Origin: Raillietiella orientalis
Lineage: Eukaryota
Length of the DNA stretch: 64,000 bases
NCBI GenBank assembly: GCA_036172245.1
Contig: JAYWIR010000030.1
Location: 620,001-684,000, forward strand
Direction: 5' to 3'
Shown here in pieces: positions 40,510 through 52,321 of the stretch (position 1 is the stretch's first letter; each line of letters opens with the position of its first letter). A model generated the notes under the pieces. The model made no database searches and was not told the origin of the DNA. It worked only from the letters and a program-made list of their open reading frames with translations. A program made the position numbers and the translations under genes.

Positions 40510-40825
40510 TTTTCCCATTATACTTTGATTACAAAAATGTTGCAGATCAGCCACTCTAAATGCTGGCTATAAAGTGAGTGCTTCTCATTGCTGCAAAAAT
40601 TCTATAAAGAGAAATGCATCTCCTACATTTATATGGGATGCCAAGAAAACATGGCTATTGAACAATCCTTCTGGAAATAGCCACCAGTCTTCTGAATTAC
40701 TAGCAAGAGTGTTGTTTAAGGAAATCACATCACCAGTCTCATTTGAAGTGCATGAAGGAGCAGTGTGTCAGGTAAAAGAGCGTGGTATATTGCGGTATCA
40801 GTTAAACCCTCATGTTTTATTCTAG
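40510..40825 (+). pseudogene. TRMT1: Partial duplicate of TRMT1 exon 8 with its upstream intron and acceptor
   Basis: Near-identical to ~36788-37086, including intronic TTTGATTACAAAAATGTTGCAG. The frame stays open with 7 amino-acid changes and diverges after YQLNP into HVLF*. Confidence 0.9.
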
Positions 40826-43800
40826 AGTCAAGAGACTACATTCTTTTGAATCTAGGAGGCGCATGTGCTATCATGCGGTCGCCAAGAGGGATCCACTCGT
40901 GCAAAAGTGGGAAGAGAGAAGAAAAAATAAAACATAAAAACTGGAAAAATGAATTTATCTTTTGGGATGCGAGGATAAGGGCTTGGAAAGAATAACAGCA
41001 GACTCCCTGAAGTCCTTTGCAAAAATGCTCTAAAAAATGCTGCCAAGTTCCTCCCAGGGCTTTGCCAGACTCGGCCACCTGGTCGTGATGCTTTTCGAGG
41101 TTCACGACCATCAATTGCACGACTTTCTTGCTGTTCTGCCACTTCCAACATAGCTTCGGGACGACACCATTCCACGAAAGCAGAAAAAATCGACACTCTC
41201 TTCAGTAGGCGACATTCTGTTCCCAAGTTCCTCAACTGCAGGAATCTCCAAATTTTGCGAGGAGATTCCTAGATCTTCCCAGAGAAGTCCATCATTGATG
41301 GGCAGCCCAGTCTTCCGAAGGCACATAATGTGATCAGGCAGGACTGATGATCAGAACGATTGTCTTCGGCTTCATTGGATCCTTTCACCCGTTGATACTC
41401 CACTACACGATGCTGTTTCCCAAGATGAGACCATGGAAGTTTATTTGAACTTCGCCTTGTTACATTTTCTGCTCCCGGATAAGTTATAATTCCTCGGAGT
41501 CTGTTGACCGGTTTCCGTGGTTCTGTGAAACCCTTTTTCTTGTGTGCTTTCTTCAGGATTATGCCTTTTCTCGTAATCTTACCCCCGTTTCCGGTTCTTG
41601 ATCTGGAGTGCCTGGTTGGATCCGTGGAATTAAGCAGCTTAGTGGCAAAACTCTTGTCTCACTTCTCTCTCCGGCTGCATTGCACTGCATTGCATTCTTC
41701 TAAAGTGTTTATCACACCAAATGCCCTTCTAAGAAGCCACCCTTGAAGTTTCCCTTCCAAGGTGGCTCATAGAGCTGATTAATGTATCGCATGTCGTTTT
41801 TAAGGATGGGTTAAGTTGTGGGTTGGTGATATCGTTTCAAATTCTATAGATTATCATGATTTTCCGTAGATACAATCTATTGCGTTTCATGAGCATCCAT
41901 GCTCTCCTTCATGCAAATACTCAGTCTCTTTACTTTTCACTGTAAGCTTTAAGTTGCTTTAATTCCTGTGACACTAAATTCTTTCTGCTTTTGAATCCCA
42001 TACTTTATTTGTGTTGATTTTCAGCTTCCTGCCAGCATGGGATGTCTCTCCTTCCACGATCATATTCTTCACTGTTCGATGTTTTGTTGTCTTTGGACTG
42101 TTTTGAGCTCTTCTGAGGAGTCCTCAGGTTTTCTCTTCATCTGAAACCACTCTTGTTTTTTATTGTGAGTTCAGCTCCTTGTGGAAGGAACAGATTGATC
42201 GCACGCGACTCCTTTTCTGTCCTCATTTGTCACAGGAAAATTTTGGGCATGCATCCACGCGATGCCCGACTTGCTTGCATCTGTGACAGAAATGAGGTCG
42301 CTCCCTCTAGGTGACCATCATTTCCTGAAAGTAGTGGTCTCTTATGACAATTCTGGGAATTTGGACTCTGTCATTCAATTTGATTTTCACAGCCTCTAAT
42401 TCTGAAAGAGGCTGCCCTTTATACGCTTGATCAGTATGTTCTTACCTTACAAAACTCGGTGAAGAGTTCCAGATTGCCTTCCAGGATGTTTCAAAGTTGA
42501 TGCAGTACAGGGATGTGGCCATAGACACCACCTTGCCCATGCACCGCAAGCTGTTTCCATTTATAATAGTGATGTCCCATTCTATGAAGACCTTACTGAC
42601 TTTTTTGGAAGTGCTGTAGATGAAGAACCCATCAACCTGAGGTACGCTTGTCTTGCTCTCGTTCGATCAAGGCAATCATCTTTATCCTATCTTGGTTTTC
42701 TGGTTAAGTACGAGATAAACGTTTCTCATTGCTCGTTTCAGAGTGGTTCCATATTGAAGATGTTTGATTTCCTCACTGGATCCATCTTCAAAATAGGTTC
42801 TACATTTGAAATTTCCAATATGCCGGACTTTTACACATATCCCTTTGTTGCCATCATCACGGATCTTGAATTTACGGAAGTCAATACTGTCGCGTAAGAC
42901 GCTTTCGTTTCCTCCATTGCAGGTGAGTTGCCTAGCTGTAATTATCTGGGTGTGGCTACTGCCTCCCTTTCAACACAAAACTAGCTGCTTCTATTTTGAG
43001 TAGATGTCCGTTTAGGTTTGTCTTCTACATCGACATGCACTGTCTGTTGTGCACGTACTGGATAAATGAAGGAAGGAAAAGGTTGTTGGCACAGGCAGAA
43101 CTGTATTTGTATTGCTGATACAGGAATCCCCTTGATTGTAGTGTCCCAAACTAATTCTCCTCTGTCTTATCAGAGGCCTACGTGAAGGATATTGACGTAA
43201 ATTCTTTAAAAAAAGCAACAAGATCAAGGTAAGAGTACAGCGACACACACTCACTCTATCCAAGTGCTTCTTTCGTTTAATCTTTGCACAAAGTTCATGT
43301 TTTTGATATAGAGTTTTTGATATACGAGAACAAACCCCTCTGTCTTTTGGATTTCCCTCGATATTTTGGTAGATACAAACATAATGCCTACCTCAACTTC
43401 GAATCTAATCTCTCCCTTCAAAAATACCTCCAGCATCTGCCTTTCTGCTGATCTAGCACTCACAGCTTATTCATCTATATGAGATGATTCTGTTCGGAAT
43501 GGTATGTCTCATACCATTCCGACATGCGTAAGTCCTTATACCCTCCTTCTCTCATGCTTTCCAGAATTGCTGGTCAGCATCCTGAAACGAAGCAAGGTCC
43601 AAAAAAAGTCTGAAGCAAGCGAGAAGTAAGCGAGAAGCGAGCGAGCGAGAGCGGTCGGAAGCAAGCGAGAGCAATTCCCTGCGGGAAGTTGCAGAGCCCC
43701 TTCTGAGTTTCGGAAGCGTCCCTTCGGGGTTCTCTTCAGAGTGAACAGGAGAGGTTCTCTTGGGGGTTCCCTCCGGAGAAGAAATTCCTACTAGCGGATC

Positions 43801-45017
43801 CTTTCTGGATTCCCTTTGGAGAAGTTGAAATGGAGAGGACAGCCGCTCCCATTAGGAGAGGGTCCCTCCGGAGTGAATGAGGAAGGAGATTCCCTTCGGA
43901 GTTCTCCTTCGAAGACAACCAGGGTGGGAGGTGCGATCCCTCCCATCCGGGGGGGATCCCTTCCCAAGAGTGAGAGGAACGGACTCTGAGCCCTTCCTAG
44001 ATCATTTAGGGCGGACCCACTCCCATCCCAGTGTGCCCTATCCTGAAGAATTACGCCCCCTTGCCGCAGGCGGAGAGGCATGGAAACAAAACAGTGTGTT
44101 TAAAAGGACCACATGTGCCGCGAGGCACGCGACCGGCTCTTGAGGGGCAGTTAGCGAACCAAAACAAAGAAAACCCGAAGAACAAAAGAACCCAAGGATT
44201 TCCATCGTCCTTAGGCCAATAGTGACGATCTCTTCTCGAGGTCGCTACTGGCCTTTAAAAAAAAAAAAAAAAAAGTCTGAAGCTCATGGAAACCCGAAGA
44301 ATCCAATAACTATAAAAACCGGTGACTGTAAAAGTCTATTTTGTATTGCTCTTGATCTAACGTTCAAACAAAGATTTTACAAGTATCATCCTTTCACAAC
44401 GAAATGTAGTGAGTATAAATAATTTGAAATCTATTATTTATAGAATATACAATTATTTCCTTTCATCTTTGTATTTGAAATTTTGGATTGAGATCATGGG
44501 CTGTTTGTGATTAGCTGAAGTTTATAATCTTCATCCACAATTTATTTGAAACCATATGTTAGTTAATAATCATGGCTAATCGTAAACTAAAGTTAAAACT
44601 AAATGATTGTGAATTTTATGGTTCTTTATTAACTTTTATTTAATTAAAATTTCCGCTTTGGCACTTAAAATCCCTTGGCAGCTTGTTCTAGATTCAGAAC
44701 CGTGTACTGTCCTGCCATGTGAAGTGTAGGAATGTTTGAGTGTTTGTTAATTATTCAGTAAAAATAAGTATTCATCCAGTGTTTTATTCTAAAGCCATGT
44801 GTAATTCACTGAATTCACTTGTAACAAATGGAAGAATGTTCTTCAACTTCCTGTTTTCAACTTATAGCATAATGGATTTCTTCCGCATTAAAAAAAAAAA
44901 AAAGATACTAATTAGTAGTTATGGTTTTTTTTTTTTTTTTTGAAGATTAGGTTTGGGTTGATTTTTTGGCATGAAAGTAACAAACTTGAAAGTTGCCATT
45001 AATATTTTTAGATACTA

Positions 45018-47045
45018 ATGAATAAGCTCGATAAACGTGAGTCGGGTCGTTATGACCCGCAACGATTTACTGAGTTGATGGATGCTTTTAAAACCAAGTT
45101 TAATAAAAGACCTCAGTTTCTTGTTAGATCTCCTGGAAGGTGTCGTATGCATTCACTGCTCGAGAATGTTTGAGGTAATCTTTCAGAGTAAACTTAATTG
45201 GAGAACACATCGATTATTCCGGATATGATGTATTCCCCATCGCAATTTGTCAAGATATTGTGATTGCAATAGCAGGCAATGATGCCTCAACTTTTACAGT
45301 ATGCAATATCGACCCCAATTATGAATCTTTAGAGGATTATCCCATCAGTGATGGGTAAGCAAAGTATGTGTACGATTTAGTTTCAAATTGGAAAATGCAT
45401 TCTTCATCACCTGGCATATTAAGAACATTCCAGTGAAATACTTTTCGTAATTTAGCTTGGTGAATGTCAATAAAATCCACGTAGAACTCCAATGGTTGTT
45501 GAAACTGGATCACTGAACCAGATTTTAGATATAGGATAGATGTCTAGTTAGATTAACCATTAATATGTATCTCTTTGCCAAAGTAATTGAGAAAATTATA
45601 TTTATAAATTGACATTGCAAGAAAGCTTGATTAAAATTTTAAATTCCAGCGTGAATATTGAAGGGCATGCCTGGTGGAATTATGTTCTATGTTCGTGGAA
45701 AGGTTTAAAAGAGACATTCAAAGAGAAGTCGTTTGGGGGAATGGATGTTTTTGTTGATGGTAACATCCCACCAGGTGTAGGTTTGTCAAGTTCGTCAGCT
45801 TTAGTCTGTGCAGCAGCTTTTGCTATATGCCTATTAAATGAAGTGAGTCAATTTTTTGGCTTACTTCCTTAGATAAGAGAGCCTTAACAATAACACACTC
45901 TTCTAGTATTGAAAATGCATGACAATAGCTGTGACTTTTTCCCTTTATAATACATGTTTTTCCAATTTAGATTGATATCACCCGAGAAGAGTTGGCCACA
46001 TTATGTGCTCACTTTGAACATGCTCTAGGAACAGCTGGTGGTGGTATGGATCAGGCCATCAGCTTGTTAGCAAAAGAAGGTTAATGTGTGCATTATTTCC
46101 AGTTCACACTAATTCATTATGTAGGCTGTGCCAAGCACATCAGCTTTAATCCTCTTCAGACAATTGATATTCCACTTCCTCCAAAGGCAGTGTTTGTGGT
46201 TGCAAACAGCTTAGTACAAGTGCATAAAGCAAGCACAAACCATTTTAATTTACGAGTGCTAGAGTGTAAGATGGCTACTAAGGTAGAAAGGAAAAACAAG
46301 TCCTGCCAAACCTGTAAAAAAAAAAATACTTCTTTTAGCTACTGTGCTCAAAACTTGGCATTCACAAAGAGCTGCAGACTTTAAAAGAAATTCAGGAACA
46401 TCTTCATTTAAGCTTGCAAGAAATGCTTGATTTAGTGAAACAGCAATTGCATCCTGATCCCTATACCCTAGATGAGGTTTGTAGTTTATCATTGTGGTGA
46501 TAGAAATGTTTTGCAGCTTTGCATAGAATTTGGAATCAGTCCACACGCATTAATTGGGGACTTTCCCAGTGGTACTCAGAACTGTAGTGTGTTTAAATTA
46601 TCACAACGTGCAACTCATGTATTTTCAGGTTAGTATACCATTGTTTAAAAAAAAAAAATTCTGATCATGATCTTTAGAGGCCTTGAGAGTCCAAGAGTTC
46701 ATCAAAGTTTGTTTATCTCAAGATGATGACCAACTTCAACAACTGGGAGAACTTATGAATGCAAGCCACAAGAGTTGTCAGGAGCTGTATGAATGCAGCC
46801 ATTTTAATTTGGATTGTTTAGTAGATATTTCACAATCAATTGCATATGGTGCCAGATTAACTGGAGCTGGTTGGGGTGGTTGTATAATAGCTCTGGTGCC
46901 CTTTGACAAAGTTAAGGATTACAAGATCACTTTAATTCGAGAGTACTTTCAAAAGTACCCACCATCACCAGTAATGCTTGAAAACCATTACTTGTTTGTC
47001 ACAGAGGCAGGTGAGGGTGCTTCCTTTTTTTGGATCAATGAATAA
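45018..47045 (+). CDS. GALK2: N-acetylgalactosamine kinase (GHMP family), 8 exons
   Basis: Exons 45018-45139, 45187-45354, 45650-45842, 45971-46079, 46125-46282, 46339-46476, 46517-46628, 46678-47045. [66 protein letters not shown]. The start codon is inferred. Confidence 0.93.
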
Positions 47046-47949
47046 ATTGAGACTGAATGGTTTGGCATAGGTTGAGTCTTTGAATCATTTTAAGAACAGT
47101 GGTTCAGTACTTGACATTCAAGATATGAATACATGAGTATGCGAGTTAATAATGATTAGTAGTTCATATCTGATTCCCAGTTTACTATATGCTTCTGAAA
47201 AAGCAAAAATTTGCAAGCAGTAGACCCTGAACAGTTTTTTTTTTTTCTTAATGATTTCTTCTCTTATACCTTCTTAAGCCAGCTTCGAATTCCGATCTGG
47301 TAATTAAGGGTCCTTCCATAATTCTGTGAAAGATGTTGGGAGAATACTTTACAAATACGTGGGTTGTAATGCTTGAAGTTCCACTGGTATGCAGACTCAT
47401 GTTGGGACTATTGGCAAAGTGTAAGCAGGTGAAATATTCACTCTAGTCATCAAATAGATTGATTTGCAAGACGCAAACTGAATGCATATTCCCCCAAAAT
47501 AATGAATACAAAAAATTTGCAATGGAAACAATGTAATCTTCCGAGAAATGCCCAATTCATCACAGATCAAGTCAAGTTGATGAACTGCAATTTACAAAAG
47601 TGAAAACAGAAAAGCAGAAAACAAAGCTCATACATTAAATGTAAAATTCAAACAACGTAGTCGGAGCATATATGTAGCAAAAAATTTAAAGAAAACAAAA
47701 ATGAGCTTTTCAGGGTGTAGAACAATCTTTGCTTCCATTTATGAGTAAAAAGTTCCATGGTCAAAGTTGTGCAATACTCATTTGGATTCGATAACTGCCT
47801 AACTGTCTATCTTTAATAAAACTTTGATTATGTGTTATACGAGAAAAATGCTTGGATTTCCAGAAACTCTTTTGTCTTTCGTAGTCCGTACTTTTAGATC
47901 ATTCTAAAGAGAAGGATCAAATGTTAACTGCTCCTGAATGTTAACGGCT

Positions 47950-50760
47950 CCTTGAATTCAGTTAGATGTGTTCCCTCGTGGGAAGCACCCCCCCTTCAAT
48001 ACGTGGCACTGTATTCCAGGGGCTGGATGCACCTGCGATACGCTGAGGAGCACCTCAACTTCCTGCGAGGATTCACCGTGCAGACACGTCTGGGACGAGA
48101 TGGAGCTCTAGGTCTGAGAGTTCTGCACGAGCTTCTCGTTGGACCGACTTTCTTCTGGATTCCGGGAGGGTTTCAGGAATGAGCGAGCTTTTTTGCAGAC
48201 TACGATTGCAGAGAAGGATTGCAGGCGGAATTTAAAGATGGAGCTGGGCTTCAGACCTGGCAATCCAGGTGGGCCTGATTGCTGGACGACCAGGGGACAT
48301 GGAGCCTTCTTGAGCACATTTCTCAAGCGCGGAAGAGCTTGGCCTGGTGTGTTTCCCGCAAGTTCAGGATATGTAGCAGCAGAGTACCGAGAGCATTCTC
48401 AGAACAATGTGCCGGGATTCCAGGTGGATAAAGAGGATAAAGAGGCATTTCAGGGCATCCATGTCCCCTGGGCTGGAGCCTGCATGTCCCCTGGGCAGGG
48501 CCAGTAATGCTCATCCTCGAAGCAGATAAACGGCCTTGTGCTGAGATTTCTCCTCCCTATATGCGAAGAACACGATTTGGTGCGGCGTTTGCTGCCGAGG
48601 GCGTTCCTGCAATCGAAAAGGAGGCGCGAAACATCCTGAGCGAGCCGTTCACGATGAAAGTTTTACCTCGTAGGCAAGCTCAGGCGTAAGAAAACACCAG
48701 GAGAGGACGGCCTGCAGGCGGAATTTCATCAGCGTTTCACGACAGAGCTGATTTCGCTGGTGAATCAGTTATCCACACTGATTCGGAAGAGAGGCGAGGT
48801 GCCCGCTGATCGAAGGGAAATCTTTGCAACTGAAGCAATTGGCGTCCGATCACCATCGCTACTGGGAGTGCCAAGTTGCTTGCGAAGCTCTGGAGTTAAC
48901 GCCTGGGGCGGTTGGTGGAAACGTTCATCAGTTTGGAACAGTCGTACGCTGTCGGACGGAGAAGGAAGTCGGTGGAAGCAAGTCTGTTCCTGGCCAACAC
49001 ATGGCTCCAGTTGCAAGGGTGCCTGTCAATCGGGCTCAGGAATCCCGGATTTCTAGTTAGGTGTGGAAAGGGAGGCCGTTTTGAAACGAAGTTGACGGAC
49101 GACTTGCAAAAGGTCGACCAGGAGCTGCATCTTGAGCTACTGGCACGCAAGGGATTCCAGGTAGTCTTCCGAGCCTATATGCTCTCGTTAACGTCTTCAG
49201 CGGACAGTACGTGTTTGGCTTGTCAGTGCGACGCGGAATACGTCAGGGTAACAAGCCTGGGTCCCTAGCTCTTTAGCACCTACTTTGAGTTGGTGCTGAG
49301 AGCATACAAAGAGACTACAAAGCTCGTGCTCCTTCACACCTGCCGTGTCGGTCTATGCCGACGATCTTTTGATCTTGCTTCCCATGTCAGCCCCAGCAGC
49401 ATCGCCCGATGGTTCCTCGAGTGGATCCGTCACAGCGCTGGCATGTGAGCGCACAGTGCGAAGTCGTCCGTCTGTCCTGTTAGTGCAGCAGCGTGGGCTG
49501 CACGGCTGGACTTGGGGGTCCCCATGGGAGGAACTTGAGGGAACTTGAGGTACATTGACGTTCTGTTGGGGACTTTTTCTTAGCAGAATTTTGGTCTGAC
49601 TGTTGCTAAGAGGCAGAGTTAGCTCTCGGCCCGTTCAAAAATAGGAAGTCCCTCTTGCCAGAACATGCCTAGGTTTAGAACTCTTTCGTAGCTCCCTTCC
49701 TACGCCCCCTTCTTTTTGTGTACCTTGCCCCAATCGGTATGAAGAAGCTCATGATTGTTCCCCCGAGGATAAGTCTACGTGGACGGCGGTCTTGGCCTCC
49801 TGATGCTGAAGCGAATGGAAGGACAGCTCCAGTGGAAAACTCTGGCGGCGAAGAACTGGAACATCCATTCGTGTGTTCCCGAACTCCATGTGCTGGATGT
49901 GTAGCCGGCAGAGAAGAATTTTCGTGCTTTTTCCATATGCCGCCAAGGGCAGGTGTCCGACTGTGGGCTTCAGCTCCGGCTGTTGGCTACCCTGGACCAG
50001 GTGAACAGCTGGGTGTACTGCAGCCCTACTAACCTGGTTATAGAAAATAGCACGTGGGGAAGATGAACAAGCCAAGCTCCGAGGCATGAGATTGCCTGAG
50101 ATTTTTGATGCACTCCTTGCCTGATTTTTGCCTGAGATTTTTGCCGCGGGAGAGTGTGAGGCCCAGCTGCTGTAGGTGAGGAGAGCGAGAATCCCTCCCG
50201 CACCTGCTTGTGGACTGTGCTGCTCTCTGGTCCCTATGAGAACGTTTGGATCCTGGTGGGCATCCCCAAGAGAGTTTGCAAACGCCTCCTCATGCGTGAT
50301 ACACTTGTCGTCATCCTCATCGTTAGCAACTATTCGCATTCTTTGCAGGATTGCAGAGGTCTTGAGCGATACTGCAAGACTCCAGTACGATAGGGACGCC
50401 ATTCTCTTCGCCATCAGCTTCCTGAGATTAGCAGTCAGATAGCAGATGATCCCATCTGGAAGCTACGCGGGAGGAACTTGCTGGCATCCTTGAATGGATG
50501 CAGAGGACGCTATACAACAGTCAATGATCAATTCCCAAACTTTCAAGTTGTTTTTGATTTATTTTTATTTACTTATTTATTTAGTTATTTTTTTTGTTCC
50601 TCTCCCCTCTATTGCAGTGGTGAGATTCGTCGGTCTAAGTACTGGCATTTCGGCAGCTTCCTGGTTCGGTGTCCCTTATCACCAACAAACACACAGGAAG
50701 GTAGTCATAGGGCCGGGAGTCCGGCCTCTACCTTCTTGTGTGTTAATTGATCTTCAATGA
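47950..50760 (+). mobile_element. Long decayed L1/Tx1-like ORF2 (RT plus zinc-binding region) with 3' UTR
   Basis: Ordered RT motifs across frameshifts: KTPGEDGLQAEF (~48690), NWRPITI (~48838), GIRQG (~49236), VYADDL (49351), then ERESLPHLLVDCAALWSL (~50180). A T-rich UTR and hairpin 50697..50735 follow. Confidence 0.85.
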
Positions 50761-51839
50761 ACGTCGCCGGAACAACCGAGTGGCAACACCAAAATCCGCT
50801 GCTGCTAGACCAGGGGAAGCCTTCAGCAGGACTCTCGGACTGATCGTTTCACTTCGTCCTAGCCTTCGAGTTGCTGCATCTCCAAGATTACTCTGGAAGT
50901 TGCGGAGATGCTCTGCAAATTCCGGAAGGTTGAGCTGATCCGGAATGTTCTACGCATCCTCTAAGCTGCAACATGCATCAAGCTATTGTTGTAATTGAAG
51001 GGTATCAGCAATTCAACTTTGCTGAAGCCAAAACATAGGAGGTTCTGAAATCGGGAATTACGGAACTTTTGCAAGGGGCTGAATTTTCTTACATCCATCC
51101 ATTATGGGAAGGACCTCATGGGAATTACTTGGATTGTTTCACACTGTATTCTCAGAATCTCCTAGTGGAGAGATTCGCTGGATTCAACATGCGACAAAAA
51201 GGTTCCCCACGATTTCTGGTAGTCTAAGTTTCAGCTTCGTACCACACAAGATGATAGAGCGATGATACCATAAATAAAATTGTCGGATGATAACAAAAAA
51301 TGAGAGTATTGTGTAAAAGAATTAAACCGAATAGACGATCGCATGATGTCCAGCTGGGTGTTGATGATGATCAGTAGATGTCTTTTCTTCCACATTGTGT
51401 GAAACGCCGCCTGTCTTGAATGAAATAGGAACGTCAGTAATTCTCACGATAATGGAAAAAGGCATGTCAAAACTCGATTCACACAAAGCCGTATTCTCAA
51501 TACCGAATTATGAACATGTAGGTAAAATATTGATCCTCAAGGATTATATATATATACCGAATCGAAATCTTAGATGCACGCTATTGCTAGGAAGATACAG
51601 TCATTCATATTTGCATTTTCTATATATACTTGGCAGAATTCTCATACTGAATTCTCTTAAAAGAAGGAATAACTGGGAAAATATGCCATGTTACACAAGA
51701 AGTCAGTGCTATGCATACATCAAAAGACCTAAAAACATAGATATGTGATTTTAAGTTTCACTCAGTATGCCCTTCTATATTCATTCATTGTTGATAATAT
51801 GATAGGTGTTTTTCATTTCTTTCGATTTCTTATATTTTG

Positions 51840-52127
51840 TCACTTTTTATCGTGTTTATTTGATTTATGTGCTTCTTTGAAAATGTATAGTATAATATCT
51901 TTTGCCCGAAGAATGTTGGCGAGCTTCATTTTGAAGTAACTATTCGTTGGAATTCTCAAATGCTTTGGAATACTCAACATAATTGAATCAGTTGATACTG
52001 TGTGAAAATATGCAAGTGATTCAAGAACTGAAGAAAAGTGAGGAAGCTTAGCCTCATTGTCTAGTGTTGATAACTTTCGAACGATATACTCAACGAGAGG
52101 AGGTGAGTCGTGGTCGTGAGTGGTCAT
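51840..52127 (-). CDS. Hypothetical 95-aa ORF divergent from RAD50
   Basis: ATG-initiated, stop-free 288-bp frame in AT-rich DNA, starting 195 bp from the RAD50 ATG. No recognised homology. Confidence 0.25.
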   Translation of the reverse strand: MTTHDHDSPPLVEYIVRKLSTLDNEAKLPHFSSVLESLAYFHTVSTDSIMLSIPKHLRIPTNSYFKMKLANILRAKDIILYIFKEAHKSNKHDKK

Positions 52128-52321
52128 TCTGCGGCGATGCCGCCTCTCAAGCTCGTGAGCTACTTTTGTAACATGTGTTTAAAGCAATTTGAAATTTTCG
52201 ATTTCTCGTTTTGCCATATTTTGGATTATTCGAGCTAAATCAGGCCCATGTAAATATGTATCATTAAGAAAAGTGGCATTATATGGAGTGGAGTTTTGCA
52301 GTATTTACTTTAACGTAAATA

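Noticed and set aside
43700..43745. Hammerhead ribozyme core (CTGAAGA...GAAA) on the minus strand
   Set aside because: Stem II does not close properly and stems I and III cannot be formed.
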